64,000 bases of DNA from Mobula hypostoma (lineage: Eukaryota): the NCBI RefSeq assembly GCF_963921235.1, contig NC_086108.1:115012001-115076000 (forward strand), read 5' to 3'. Of the stretch, positions 42,215 through 53,840 are shown one piece after another. Positions within the stretch are counted from its first letter, which is position 1; each line of letters begins with the position of its first letter. The position numbers and the translations under genes are program-made. The notes under the pieces are model-generated. The model saw only the letters and a program-made list of their open reading frames with translations. It was not told where the DNA came from and did no database searches.

Positions 42215-44600
42215 AGGTCACTCCATTCTTTAAGAAGGGAGGAAGGCAAAAGAAAGGAAATTATAGGCTAGTTAGCCTGACTTCAGTGGTTGAAAAGATG
42301 GAGTCCATCAAGGATGAGGTCTCAAGGTATTTGGAGGCACATGATAAAATAGAGCAAAGTCATCATGGTTTCCTTAAGGGGAAATCTTGCCGGACAAATC
42401 TGTTGGAATCCTGAGGAGATAACAGGCAGCACAGACAAAGGAGAATTGGTGTACGTTGTGTATTTGGATTTTCTGAAGGCCTTTGACAAGGTGCCACACG
42501 TGAGGCTGATTAACAAGTTAAGACCCATGGTATTACAGGAAAGATTCCAGCAGGGATACAGCAGTAGCTGATGGGCAGGAGGCAAAGACGGGAAATAAAG
42601 GGAGCCTTTTCTGGTTGACTAGCCATGTTCCACAGGGGTTGGTGTTAAGACCGCTTCCTTTTATGTTATAAGGGTGACGGAATTGATGGCTTTGTTGCAA
42701 ACTTCGCAGATGATGGAGGGGCAGGTAGTGTTGAGGAAGCATGGAGTCAGCCAGAAGGGCTTAGATCAGGAGACTGGACAAAGAAGTGGCAAATGGAACA
42801 GTGTCAGGAAGTGCACGGTCATGCACTTTGGTAGAAGGAATTTAGTTCTTGACCATGACAAAGAAGAAAAATCTGCGAACACTGCTAATCAAAGTAATGC
42901 TGGGCGAACTCATCAGGCCAAGCAGCATCTATGGAAAAGAGTAAACCATCGACGTTTCAGGCCGAGACCCTTCATCACAAAAAAGTGGCAGATGGATACA
43001 GTGTTGGGAAGTGTATGATAATGTATTTTGATAAAGGCAACAATAGTGCAGACTATCTAAATAGGGAGAAGGTTCAAACAGAGATGGAGAGGGACATAGG
43101 AGTCCTCATGCAAGACTCCCAGAAGGTAAAGGTGGCAAATGCAATGTTGGCATTTATTTCAAAGGGAATAGAATATAAAAACAAGGAGATAATGCTGAAG
43201 CTTTTTAAGAAATTAGTCAGGCCGCTCTTGGAATGTTGTCAACAGTTTTGGGAAAACCCCATAAATCAGAAAGGATATGCTGTCATTTGAGAGAGTCCAG
43301 AGGAGGCTCATGAGGATGATTCTGGGAAAGAACAGGTTAACATATGAGGAGCGTTTGGCAGCTTTAGGCCTGTACTCACTGGAATTTCGAAGAATGCGGG
43401 GGATCTCGTTGAAATCTACCGAATGTTGAAAGAACTGGATAGGGTGGATGTGGAGAGGATGTTTCCTCTGGTGGGGGTATCCAGAACTAGAGGGCACAGC
43501 CTCAAAATTGAGGGGTGACCTTTGAAAACAGGAGTAAGGAAGAATTGTTTAGCCAGAGAGTAGTGAACCTGTGGAATGCTCTGCCACAGACTGCGGCAGA
43601 GGCCAAGTCTGTGGATATACTTAAAGTAGAAGTTGATAGATTCCTGAATAGTCAGGACATCAAGGGATATGGTGTGAGGGCAGGTGGACGGGGTTGAATG
43701 GGATTTGGGATCAGCCACGATGGAATGTCAGAGGAGAGCTGATGGACTTAATTGCCTGATTCTGCTCCTATATTTTATGAGAATCCAGATTCCGGATGAA
43801 GAGTCTCAGCCCAAAACATCACTGTTTACTCTTTTCCATAGATGCTGTCTGGCTTGCCAAGTTCCTCCAGCAGTTTGTATTAGGTGTTGACTACTTTCTA
43901 AACGGGGAGAATACTCAGAAATCAGAGGTGCAGAGGGATTTGGGAGTCCTCCTGCAGGATTCCCTCAAGGTCAACTTGCAGGTTGAGTTGCTGGTGAGGA
44001 AGGCAAATGCCATGTTAGCACTCATTTGAGAGGACGAGAATATAAAAGCAAGGATGTAATACTGAAGCTTTATAAAGCATTGATCAGACTGCACTTTAAG
44101 TATTGTGAGCAGTTTTATCGAAGAAAGGGTGTGCTGGCATTGAAGAGGGTTCAGATGAGTTATCTCAGGAATGAAAGGGTTAACCTATGAGGAGCATTGG
44201 GTGGCTGAGTCTGTACTCGTTGGAGTTTCAAAGAATGAGGGTGAATCTCATTGAAACCTATCAAATATCGAAAAGCCTAGAGTGGATATGGAGAGGTGGC
44301 TTCGAGTTGTGGAGTTCAGGATCAGAGCACACAGCCTCAGAATAGAGCGATGTCCATTTAGAACAGAGATGAGGATGAATTTGTTTAGTCAGAGGGTGGT
44401 GAATCTGTGGAATTGGCAGTGGAAAATAAGACATTGGGTATTTAAAGTGGGGCTCGACAGGCTATTAATTAGTCAGGGTGTCAAAGGTTACAGGGAGAAG
44501 GCAGGAGAATGGGGTTGAAGGGGTTAATAAATCAGCCATGATGGAATGGCAGAGCAAATTTGAAGGGACAAATGACCTAATTCTGTTCCTATGTCTTGCT
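42215..44600 (+). mobile_element. tandem degraded CR1 fragments with Penelope-type inserts
   Basis: YLDFLKAFDKVPH, NAMLAFIS and FSQRVVNLWN motifs in ORFs 42365-44518. Confidence 0.8.
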
Positions 44601-45924
44601 GGAGGGTGAGGGAAGGTAGAGCGGGGGGAGTTAGAAGAGAAGGGAGGAGGTGGGGGTTGCCAGAGGGAGAAGGGATCAGAGTGGAACAAGGGGAGCGAGG
44701 AGGCAGATGCTGGGGGGGGGGAGTGGAGGGGGGCATGGCTGTAGACGAAGGGGGAGTGGAAGGGGAGGGAGATAAAAGAAGGGGGAGTGGTGGTGAGCAT
44801 TTATCGGTGACGCGCTGGGTTACCAGGCGAGCATTTATAATTTTATAGGGTGGGAGAGAGGGTGGACACAGCCAAACTCAGTGGAGAGGCTTGGCTACAG
44901 CCAGACCCAGACTGCTGGTAAAGGGAGTGAAAGGCTGCCAGTATGAAAGGGATGGGCTGAATAGCCTGGTTCTGCACTGCCGACTCTACAACTGGTCTCT
45001 AACTGCCTGCAATGCCCAGTACTAACCAAGGCCATTAGCAACCGTGTCGCCACATCTGCGGAGGCTTAGGCAAGACTGGTGGGGCGGCTGCAAGCCAGCA
45101 GTGCATGCAGCCTGCCACACAGACACCTGATGAGGCTGCCGGAATTAATCATCTGCAGCGCTGCCGTGACAATATCTCGTCGCTAGGAGACCAGGCCAGA
45201 GATGACAGGGTGTAGCATTACCATGTCGCCATGCCGTCTGACCCTCCATAGATCTCTCCCTCCCTTACTCTGGAGGAAGTCCTTGGTGCACAGCCTTCTC
45301 CAACACCAGCTAAACCTGTCGCGTATTGAAAAACCGAAATAGACTGGGCACAGAGAGGATGTTTCTGATAGTGGGTGAGCTGAGGACCAGAGGGAACACC
45401 CTCCAAATACAAGGACATCCCTTTAGAACAGAGATGAGGAGGAATTTCTTTAGCCAGAGGGTGGTGAATCTACAGAATGTTTTGCCACAGACAGCTGCGG
45501 AGGTCCCATATTGTGTTTAAGGTGGAGCTGGACAGGGTCTTCGTTATTCAATATATCAAAAGTTATGGGGAGAAGGCAGGAGAATGGGGTTGAGAGGGAT
45601 AACAAATCGGCCAACATGTAATGGCAGAACAGACTCAATGGGCCGAATGGCCTAATTTGCTCCTCCGTCTTATGGCCCAGAGTGTTCACCATTTCGAAGG
45701 ACACGCTGCCCTTTATGGGAGGGGTGGCCAGTAGCGAGGCAGTTAGTGTAATGCTCTACCACACCAGCAATCACCAGTTGGCATTCACTGTCTGTGAGGA
45801 GTTTGTACACTCTGCCCCCGACTGCATGGCTTTCTTCCTGGTGCTCCTGTTTAGTCCCACATCCCAAAGATGTACAGGTGAGTTGTGGGCATGCCATGTT
45901 GATGCCAGAAGCTTGGCAACACGT

Positions 45925-46470
45925 ATAACTATATAACATATAACAATTACAGCACGGAAACAGGCCACCTCGGCCCTTCTAGTCCGTGCCGAACTCTTAC
46001 TCTCACCTATTCCCACCGACCTGCACTCAGCCCATAACCCTCCATTCCCTTCCTGTCCATATATCTATCCAATTTAACTTTAAACAACAACATCGAACCT
46101 GCCTCAACCACTTCTGCTGGAAGCTCGTTCCACACAGCTACCACTCTCTGAGTAAAGAAGTTCCCCCTCATGTTACCCCTAAACTTTTGCCCTTTAACTC
46201 TCAACTCATGTCCTCTTGTTTGAATCTCCTCCACTCTCAATGGAAAAAGCCTATCCACGTCAACTCTATCAATCCCCCTCATCATTTTAAGTACCTCTAT
46301 CCAGTCCCCCCTCAACCTTCTACGTTCCAAAGAATAAAGACCCAACTTCTTCAACCTTTCTCTGTAACTTAGGAAATGAAACCCAGGTAATATGCTAGTA
46401 AACCTTCTCTGTACTCTCTCAATTTTGTTGACATCTTTCCTATAATTCGGTGACCAGAACTGTACACAAA
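45925..46470 (-). mobile_element. young CR1 3' fragment
   Basis: ORF 46007-46609, CVQFWSPNYRKD...FTQRVVAVWNELP; tail ttatatgttata. Confidence 0.88.
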
Positions 46471-47736
46471 CTGCCCCCAGCACATCCTCCGATGGTGTTA
46501 GATGCTGACACGTGACATATTTTACTTTATGTTTTGATGTACATGTCACAAATAAAGCAACTCTTTTATCTTTAATACCTTCTGCCAGCACTGCCAGGAA
46601 CACAGTCACAGCAGAGGGTCAGGGTGGGAGAGTGGATCTACAGCCCTCCACCACCCTACAGGCTCAGACTGAGTGCGCTCAGGAGGGCAACTGGTGTCCA
46701 GTAATTGTGGCAAAGACAGGGTGAGGGGTTTGTGCAGGGCAGTGGCACGGAGGTCACACATTGGCTGTGTGTCAGAACAAGAGAGATAGGCCAAGTGGTC
46801 CCTGAGGCTTGGACTCTGTAAGAATGTAATGCTGAGGCTTCAAAAGGCATTGGTCAGACCTCACTTGGGCCTCACTCGTGTAAGAAAAGATGTGCTGGCA
46901 TTGGGAAAGGTCCAGAGGAGGTTCACAAGAATAATGCTGGCAATGAAATGGTTAATGTATGCAGAGCATTTGGGCCTGAAATCTCTGGAGTTTAGGAAAA
47001 CGACAAGGTTCCTCAATGAAACCTACCAAGTATTGAAAGGCCTAGATAGAGTGGATGTGGGGGCAGGGGGTGGTGGGAATCTAGGACCGCAGGGCACAGC
47101 CTCAGAACAGAGGGATGTCCATTTAGAACAGAGATGAGGAATTTCTTTCGCCAGAGGGTAATGGATCTGTGGAATTCATTGCCACAGACAGCTGTGGACG
47201 ACAAGTTACTGAGCATATCTGATAAGGTCTTCATTGGTCAGGGTGTCAGAGGTAAGGCAGTGGGATGAGTCTGAGAGGGATAATGTATAAGCCATGATGG
47301 AACAGACTTGATGGGCTGAACAACCCAACTCTGCTCTTGTGTCTTATGTATTTGTGTACATACATCTCGTCTGAATCTCAATCCACAGTCTCCAGGTGAA
47401 TGATAGACCCCTTCTCAGTTCAGGGGAAGGGGGAGACACATCTGGGGCCCCCATGTGGGGAAAAGCTTCCAGTATCTTCCACACCCCTCTTCACTCCGAG
47501 CAGACACGGAACAACATGGGGAAGAATCCCTTTGACTGACGTATGGTGCAGGAGTTTCAGCTTGTGAACCCTTGTGCAGGAAACCCTCCTGCACCAGTGG
47601 AGAGAATAAACCCTCTCCCCACCCTCACCCACCACTGCCTAGCAACAGGACCTTCCCCCTGCCAACTGAACCCTTACTCCCCTCCACCTGGCAACCAGCA
47701 CCATCCCAGGAACCAAAGTCCCCCAATGCACACCCA

Positions 47737-47750
47737 GTTGCCATGACAAC
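47737..47750. promoter_or_regulatory. RFX X-box motif GTTGCCATGACAAC in ERICH3 intron 1
   Basis: Near-palindromic 14-mer, one base from GTTGCCATGGCAAC, about 750 bp into intron 1 of a cilia-associated gene. Confidence 0.55.
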
Positions 47751-48469
47751 ATCCCTCAGGAGAGGTGAGTTCCTCACACCAGGTACAGTCTCCACGTGAG
47801 TCCACAAAGACAGTCAGTTGGTCCTCTCTCGCTCTCACCACCTGCCCCATATTCCTTGCACTCTCCCTTATACCCTCCTCAGCCCTTCCCTTCCTCAGTC
47901 CTTCCCACCCGCCCAACCCACACTTCCACCTCCGCGTCCTGCTCCTCAACACCCCTACCCCAGTGAGGGGTGACCCTCCAGAAACATAACAGACCATGCG
48001 GGGACATGACAGGGACCAGTGGAAGGCCGAAGGAGGGGACAGAGTTACAGGTTTAAAGGGTGGAAATTTAAAACTGAGGTGTGCATGGACATCTCCCAGA
48101 AGGTGGATGGCTGGAATCCTCCACCCCAGAGAGGATATGGAGACTGGATCACGGGGGGGGGGGCGGTTAAAGAGGAGGGAGAGGAATGTTTGATGGCACA
48201 GAAAGGGGGAGGAGGCCTGGGGCAGATTAGTTATGAATGGCGAGGACTGAGGAGCCTCCTCCTACTCTCCCAGCCCTGACAGCGGGACTGATCCCCGATA
48301 TCTAGCGCTACGTTCACAGAGAGAAATGGAGTCTGAACCTCCTTCCTCGGCTCAAAGCCTCGAACCTCATCCTGTCATCCCTCCATCCTCCCCATGACCT
48401 CCTTCCGTTTCTTTTTCCAGGACATTTTCTCCACTGCACTCCTCCCTCTCCATTTCCTCTTTCCGCACC

Positions 48470-48735
48470 CACCCCGCCTCTCGGAGCTCGCCTTACCCGG
48501 ACTGCGTGCGGCTCATGGCGCTGCCCGCCGCGATGCCCGCTGCGCTGCCCGCTTCCCCGGTTGTCAAGGGGAGGAAAGGGGCGGGGCGGGCTACATATAA
48601 GCACACGTCACGCTGTGGGTCGCGACTCCGACCAATCACCAGCGCTGCAGGCCATTCCTTGCTCGCCATTGGCTGTGAGTCCGACGTCTCTTTCCCAGGA
48701 GCTCCAATCGTAGGCGGGGAGAGGGAGTTGGCCGT
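48470..48735 (-). promoter_or_regulatory. CpG-island promoter of ERICH3
   Basis: CpG-dense stretch around exon 1. GC boxes at 48578-48590 and 48713-48719; CCAAT boxes at 48632, 48668 (inverted) and 48704; CRE-like TGACGTG around 48604-48611; imperfect X-box GTTGTCAAGGGGAG at 48560-48573. Confidence 0.8.
48497..48516 (-). CDS. ERICH3: ERICH3 (glutamate-rich protein 3 / C1orf173) coding exon 1
   Basis: gccATG AGC CGC ACG CAG TCC GG|gtaag inside a CpG island (MSRTQSG). Its phase 2 end joins exon 2. Human ERICH3, from recall, likewise starts with a very short MSHSHPAG exon. Confidence 0.82.
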
Positions 48736-49936
48736 CAGAAGGGGCAGGTAGTGAGAGAGGAGGATTTGAGAGGTTGGAGAGCAAATTGAGGGGTCAGAGG
48801 AGGTTTTGGGCATTAGGAAGGTGTTTCTGGAGCAGGGAACTCGATTGTACGGCTAAAAAGGTGGTGCAAATCCTATATGTGTGTTGCTTGAATTTCCAGC
48901 ATCTGCAGAATTCCTGTTCTTAGGTTTTAGGGGTTGTTGTATTTGGAGAATAAACGGCTACTAACCCTAATGGGACAAGAAGTCACCAAAATGTTAAAGA
49001 AGGAATGTTTTAAATCTCGGCAGATGTGGAGAGCATTCTGAAGGGTTGCATCAGTCTAGTGTGGAGGCCCCAATGCACAAAATCGAAAGAGGCTGCCCGG
49101 GAGGGGAGGGGAGGGGAGGGGAGGGGAGGGGGCAGGAGATGGGGTTCTGTCTCCGATTCAGAATCAGGTTTATTATGACTGACGCATGTCATGAAAGCCG
49201 TTGTGTAGCGGTGCAGTGTGAGGAATTGCGAAATAAATAAACAGTGCAAAACAAATTAACGCGATAGTGTTCGTGACCGTTCAGAAATCTGATGGCGGGG
49301 TGGGGGGTGGCTGACATATGAGGAGTGTTGGATGGTTCCGGGCCCGTATTCGTGGGAGTTTAGAAGAATGAAGGAGATCTCATTGAAACCCACCTAATAT
49401 TGAAAGCCCTGGATAGAGAGGACATAGGAAGCACGTTTTCAGTAATGGGAGAGTTGAAGGCCAGAAGACTTGTCAGAAGAGAAAGATGTCCCGATGAGGA
49501 GGGATTTATTTAGCCAGAGGGTGGTGAATCCGTGGAACTCACTGCCACAGACAGCTGTGGCGGCTGGATAATTGAGTATATTTAAAGCGAAATTTGACAG
49601 GTCATTGATTAGGTAGGGGATCAAAGGTTACGGCGAGAAGACAGGAGAATGGGGTTGAGGGATAATAAATCGGCCATGATCGAATGACAGAGACACTCGA
49701 TGGGCTGAATGGCCTAATTCTGCTCCTATGCCTTATGGTCAAACCTCCCACGGCGGCTCCTTCAGTACCACCCGTCCCACAGGGCGACCATCTTTCAGTA
49801 CCGTTCCCCAGTACAGCTCTACTGTGGTGTGAGAGCTTTGAAGGTTAGAGGGCTGAGTTGTCGGGACGGAACCGAGTTCAGGTGTAAACGCTCCCAACTG
49901 AGAGAAACTGACGCACTGAACGGCTCATCTTGCCCT

Positions 49937-49942
49937 TTTATT
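49937..49942 (-). terminator. amylase polyadenylation signal AATAAA
   Basis: tttatt on the + strand, 12 nt after the TAA stop. Confidence 0.8.
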
Positions 49943-49954
49943 GATCACGGACCG

Positions 49955-50144
49955 TTACAGTTTGTCCCTGACGTGGATCGCGACCATCGGGTCTTCGGCC
50001 GTGTTACTAATCTGGAAGATAGCGTTGCCGCAGGAGTCGACGGTGACCTGCAGTCCCGTGCAGCGATCTCCCTCCTTCTGCCCGGAGATCACGTCGCAGT
50101 AGATGCCCGGAGGCAGTCCGGTCTGTAGCTTCATGTTCATATCC
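49955..50144 (-). CDS. amy2: alpha-amylase coding exon 10 (terminal, domain C)
   Basis: cag|G GAT...CTG TAA, 190 bp. DMNMKLQTGLPPGIYCDVISGQKEGDRCTG...AIHVRDKL*. Exons 3-10 join into one open frame of 1224 nt. Confidence 0.97.
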
Positions 50145-50554
50145 CTGCAGAACAAGCAAACCCCGTTCAACGTATGAGGTGCGATTAAGAGCTCTGGGCC
50201 TGTACTGTGGTGACAGGAGCTTAGAAGAATGAGGGGGGAATCTCATCGAAACCTATCGGCTATAGAAAGGCCTGGATCGTATGGACGTGCAGAGGATGTT
50301 TTCTATGGTGGAGAAGTACCAGAAAACATGGCCTCAGACTAGAGGGACGTCCATTTAGACCAGAGATGAGGAGGAATTTCTTTAGCCAGGGGATGGTGAA
50401 TCTGGAGAATTAATTGCCAAAGACAGCGAGTCATTGGGTATATTTAAATCGGAGGTTGATAGGTTCTTGATTAGTCAGGGTGTTAAAGGTTACGGGGAGA
50501 AGCAGGACAATGGGGCTGAGAGGGATAATAAATCAGCCACGATGGAATGGCGGA

Positions 50555-51527
50555 CAAGAGAAAATCTGCCATCAACCGCATCTCTTCCACTTCACTCAAG
50601 TCTGCTCTTACTTCATCCTCCCGCCACCCTACGAGGGATAGGGTTCCTGTTGTCCTCATCTACCACCCCACCAACCTCCGCCGCCTCCAACTGGATCCCA
50701 CCACCAAACACACCGTTCCCTACCCCCACTTTCTCCATACGTCCCTCCCCACTGATCTCCCTCCTGGCACTTACCCTTGCAAGCGGAACAAGTGCTACAC
50801 CTGCCCCTACACCTCCTCCCTCACTACTATCCAGGGCCCTAAACAGTCCTTCCAGGTGAGGCGACACTTCACCTGTGAGTCTGTTGGAGTCATTTACTGT
50901 GTTCGGTGCTCCCAGTGTGGCCTCCTGTACATCCGTGGGACCGACGTATGTTGAGAGACGGCTTCACCGAGCATCTACACTCGGTCCGCCAGAACAAGCA
51001 GGATCTCCCAGTGGCCGCCCATTTTAATCCCACTTCCCATTCCCATTCCGATATGTCTGTCGGGGGCCTCCTCCACTGTCGTGATGAGGCCACACTTAGG
51101 TTGGAGGAACAACACCTTATATTTCGTTTGGGTAGCCTCCAGCCTAATGGCATGAACAACGATTTCTCGGACTTCCGGCAATGCCCCCAGACCCCGACCC
51201 CTTCACCATTTTCCATCCTCTTGTCCCTCTCTCATCTTATCTCCTTGCCCGCCCATCCGTCGCCTCCCTCTGGTGATCCTCTCGCACCCCTGCCGCCTTT
51301 TCCTTCCTTCCAGGGCTTCTGTCTCTTTCACCAATCAACTTCCCAGCTCTACTTCATCCCTCTGTCCCCTGGTGTTTATCTCTCTCCCTTGCCCCCACCT
51401 TTTAAATCTACTCCTCAGATTTTTTTTCCAGTCCTGTCGAAGCGTTTCGGCCTGAAACGTCGACTGTACTTTTTTCCATAGACGCTGCCTGGCCTGCCGA
51501 GTTCCTCCGGCACTTAGTGTTCTGATT
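50555..51527 (+). mobile_element. Penelope-like retroelement 3' fragment (GIY-YIG endonuclease plus terminal repeat with hammerhead motif)
   Basis: PCKRNKCYTC..FTCESVGVIYCVRCSQCGLLYI and EHL..VAAHFN..RLEEQHLIFRLGSLQPNGMN; flanked by the 10-bp direct repeat gaatggcgga (50545-50554 and 51528-51537). Confidence 0.9.
51429..51466 (+). ncRNA. minimal type-I hammerhead ribozyme motif (core CUGUCGA variant) at the Penelope 3' end
   Basis: CAGTC-CTGTCGA-AGCGTTTCGGCCT-GAAAC-GTC-GACTG; perfect 5-bp stem I. Confidence 0.65.
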
Positions 51528-52184
51528 GAATGGCGGAGCAGATACGACGGGCCGAACAGTCTCATTCTGCCCCTTTTGCCCCATGATCGTTGAGACGCTG
51601 CACTCCCTGGGGAACAGCGTGAACATCGCACCCAGTTGACACGGGCGTTTCGGACCAGCTCGTCTGTGCCGAGCACTTCGCAGCAGGCTTACCGCCTGCG
51701 ACACTGCGCCTGTGTCCTCTGCCGGCGCTGCGGTTCACCTTCTCCCTCCCGGGGCGCCGATTTCCTCGCACGGGTTCGCGTTAGTGACTGGTGGGCGTTC
51801 TGTGTGGGTCCTGAAGCCTGCCCCGGCTCAGGTATTGGTGTATTTAGAGATAGCATGGAACCGGCCCGCACGGTCCGACGAGCTGCGCCACCCATTTAAA
51901 CCCTCGCCTGGTCACAGGACAAGTTACAAGGCATGTCTCGGGAACGTGGGTGAAAACCGGAGCCCCCGAAGGAAATCCACATGGTCACGGGGAGAAGGGA
52001 TAAACTCCTTACAGACGGCGTCGGTATTGAACCCCGACACCCCAAGCTGCAAATGTCGCATTAACCGCGAACCGCTCTGCTGCGAGCCGGCACTGTGGCA
52101 CAAACGGCCCAGGTCACTGTACGCCTGGCTACCCGTGTGACAGTCCTGCGGCCGCGGCTCCCCCGTACCCCTGTGGAACCTCAC

Positions 52185-52310
52185 CAATCATCGTTGTTGA
52201 TGGCGATGAAGCCCTGCGCTCCGCGGCCGAACGCGATCTGGTTGCTCCCGTTGTCCCACCAGTTCGTTAGCGGATTCTGGCCCACCACGTTCCGGAAGAT
52301 AGCCATGTTC
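52185..52310 (-). CDS. amy2: alpha-amylase coding exon 9
   Basis: cag|G...TG|gtgag, 126 bp, phase 2/2. [41 protein letters not shown]. Confidence 0.97.
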
Positions 52311-53446
52311 CTGTAGTGAGACCACAACTTACAGCTGGGAAATAGGCCATTCGGCCCACCTCATCCATACTGACCTTGCACTGCCTGTACTAGGCCCATA
52401 TCCCTCTGAACCTTTCCTATCAACTTTATTGACATCTGACCATACCTATATATAAAGTTCCTCCCAACCACAGTATACCCACAAAACATATATCACACCC
52501 AGCAGGTCAAACAACTTGTTATAATTTGCCTCCATTTCACCCATTCCTTCTGAACTTTCAAATCTGTGTATCTGTCCAAAATGCCCTTTAACCATTGTAA
52601 TTGCCTTCACCTCTGACAGCCCATTTCCCACACCCACCACCACCTCTTCTCACAACTCTTCACCTTACCCACACCCATCCCCTCTGACAGCTCATTCCCA
52701 ATACCCACCACCTTCTCAGCTCATTCCCCACACCCATCCCCTCTGGCAACTCATTCCCGTCACCCAGCCATCACCTCCTCTGGCAGTACGGTCCCCAGCC
52801 CCATCCCTCTGAGCAGGATCACGCATCCATCTCGTCTCCCTCAAGATTTTCACCTTAAACCGAGGAGGCACTGTGTTTTTTACCTTTCCCCCAAAGGACC
52901 AGTGTTTAGTTTAGTTGTGTACATTTAGCTGTACGTAGGTTGAATGACTATAAACTTGAATTTGAACTTAAACCTTCATCCTCTAGTCCCACCCAGAAAC
53001 ATCTACAATATCTCCTGCCCGCAGACCCTGCTCAGGCCGCCGATTTCCTCCGGCAGACTGAGTATTGCTCTCAAATCCAGCATCTGCAGTCTCCTTTGCC
53101 TTTCGATTCTCCTTCCCAGAAAGTCTCTCCAACCCGTCCCTGCCTGTCATGACATTCGAAGCCTCTGTAAGGCCATCACCCAGGCTCCTCCAGTGAGAGT
53201 CATTCCTTATAACCACAGTACAGTACTCCACATCATACTCAGCACTGTCTCCCCCGCAGCCACAGCCTCCCACCAGAATCGTACACTGAGCTCTAACTGG
53301 GACTCTGACTCTCCCACTCACTCAACCGGCTCATCCAGCCCACACACCAACCCCCAAACTACCCATTCACCACATATTTGCCCCATTTACACCTCTATAT
53401 CCCGTTGGTGTTTGCCCCTCAGCTGCCACCCCCAAGTAGTTCCCAC

Positions 53447-53568
53447 CTGATCTGCCTCCACCGGTGCTCGCACACCCAGCCGTTGCCGCAAGTCGTGTCG
53501 GGATTCAGGGTGACGGGTTTGGTGGACCCGTCTGGGTAACTGGGCGGGCCAATCCAGTCGTTCACATC
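53447..53568 (-). CDS. amy2: alpha-amylase coding exon 8
   Basis: aag|GAT...AG|gtggg, 122 bp, phase 0/2. DVNDWIGPPSYPDGSTKPVTLNPDTTCGNGWVCEHRWRQI. Confidence 0.97.
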
Positions 53569-53840
53569 CTTGGGACAGAGTAGGGGGAGGAGGCGTCAAA
53601 ACAAAAGAGACAACTGTCCCTTCACCCCCACCCCGGCACAGGGGAGAGGCGGTCAGAACTCCCACATCCATCCCCACCCAAGCAGTAGCACAGCACAGTA
53701 ACGCAGTGTATTGGGGGGGAGGTGGGCCCTCCCTCAATCAAGATTGTGTAGACCCTGTGAGAAAGTGTCCAGTTAACCTCCCATCCCCTTCTCGCACTCC
53801 CTCCAAAACCTTGCACACCCACTCCCCAGTACAGGAAATC

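Noticed and set aside
48915..48972. Telomere-like hexamers (ttaggg/ccctaa)
   Set aside because: Only one or two imperfect units; not an interstitial telomeric array.
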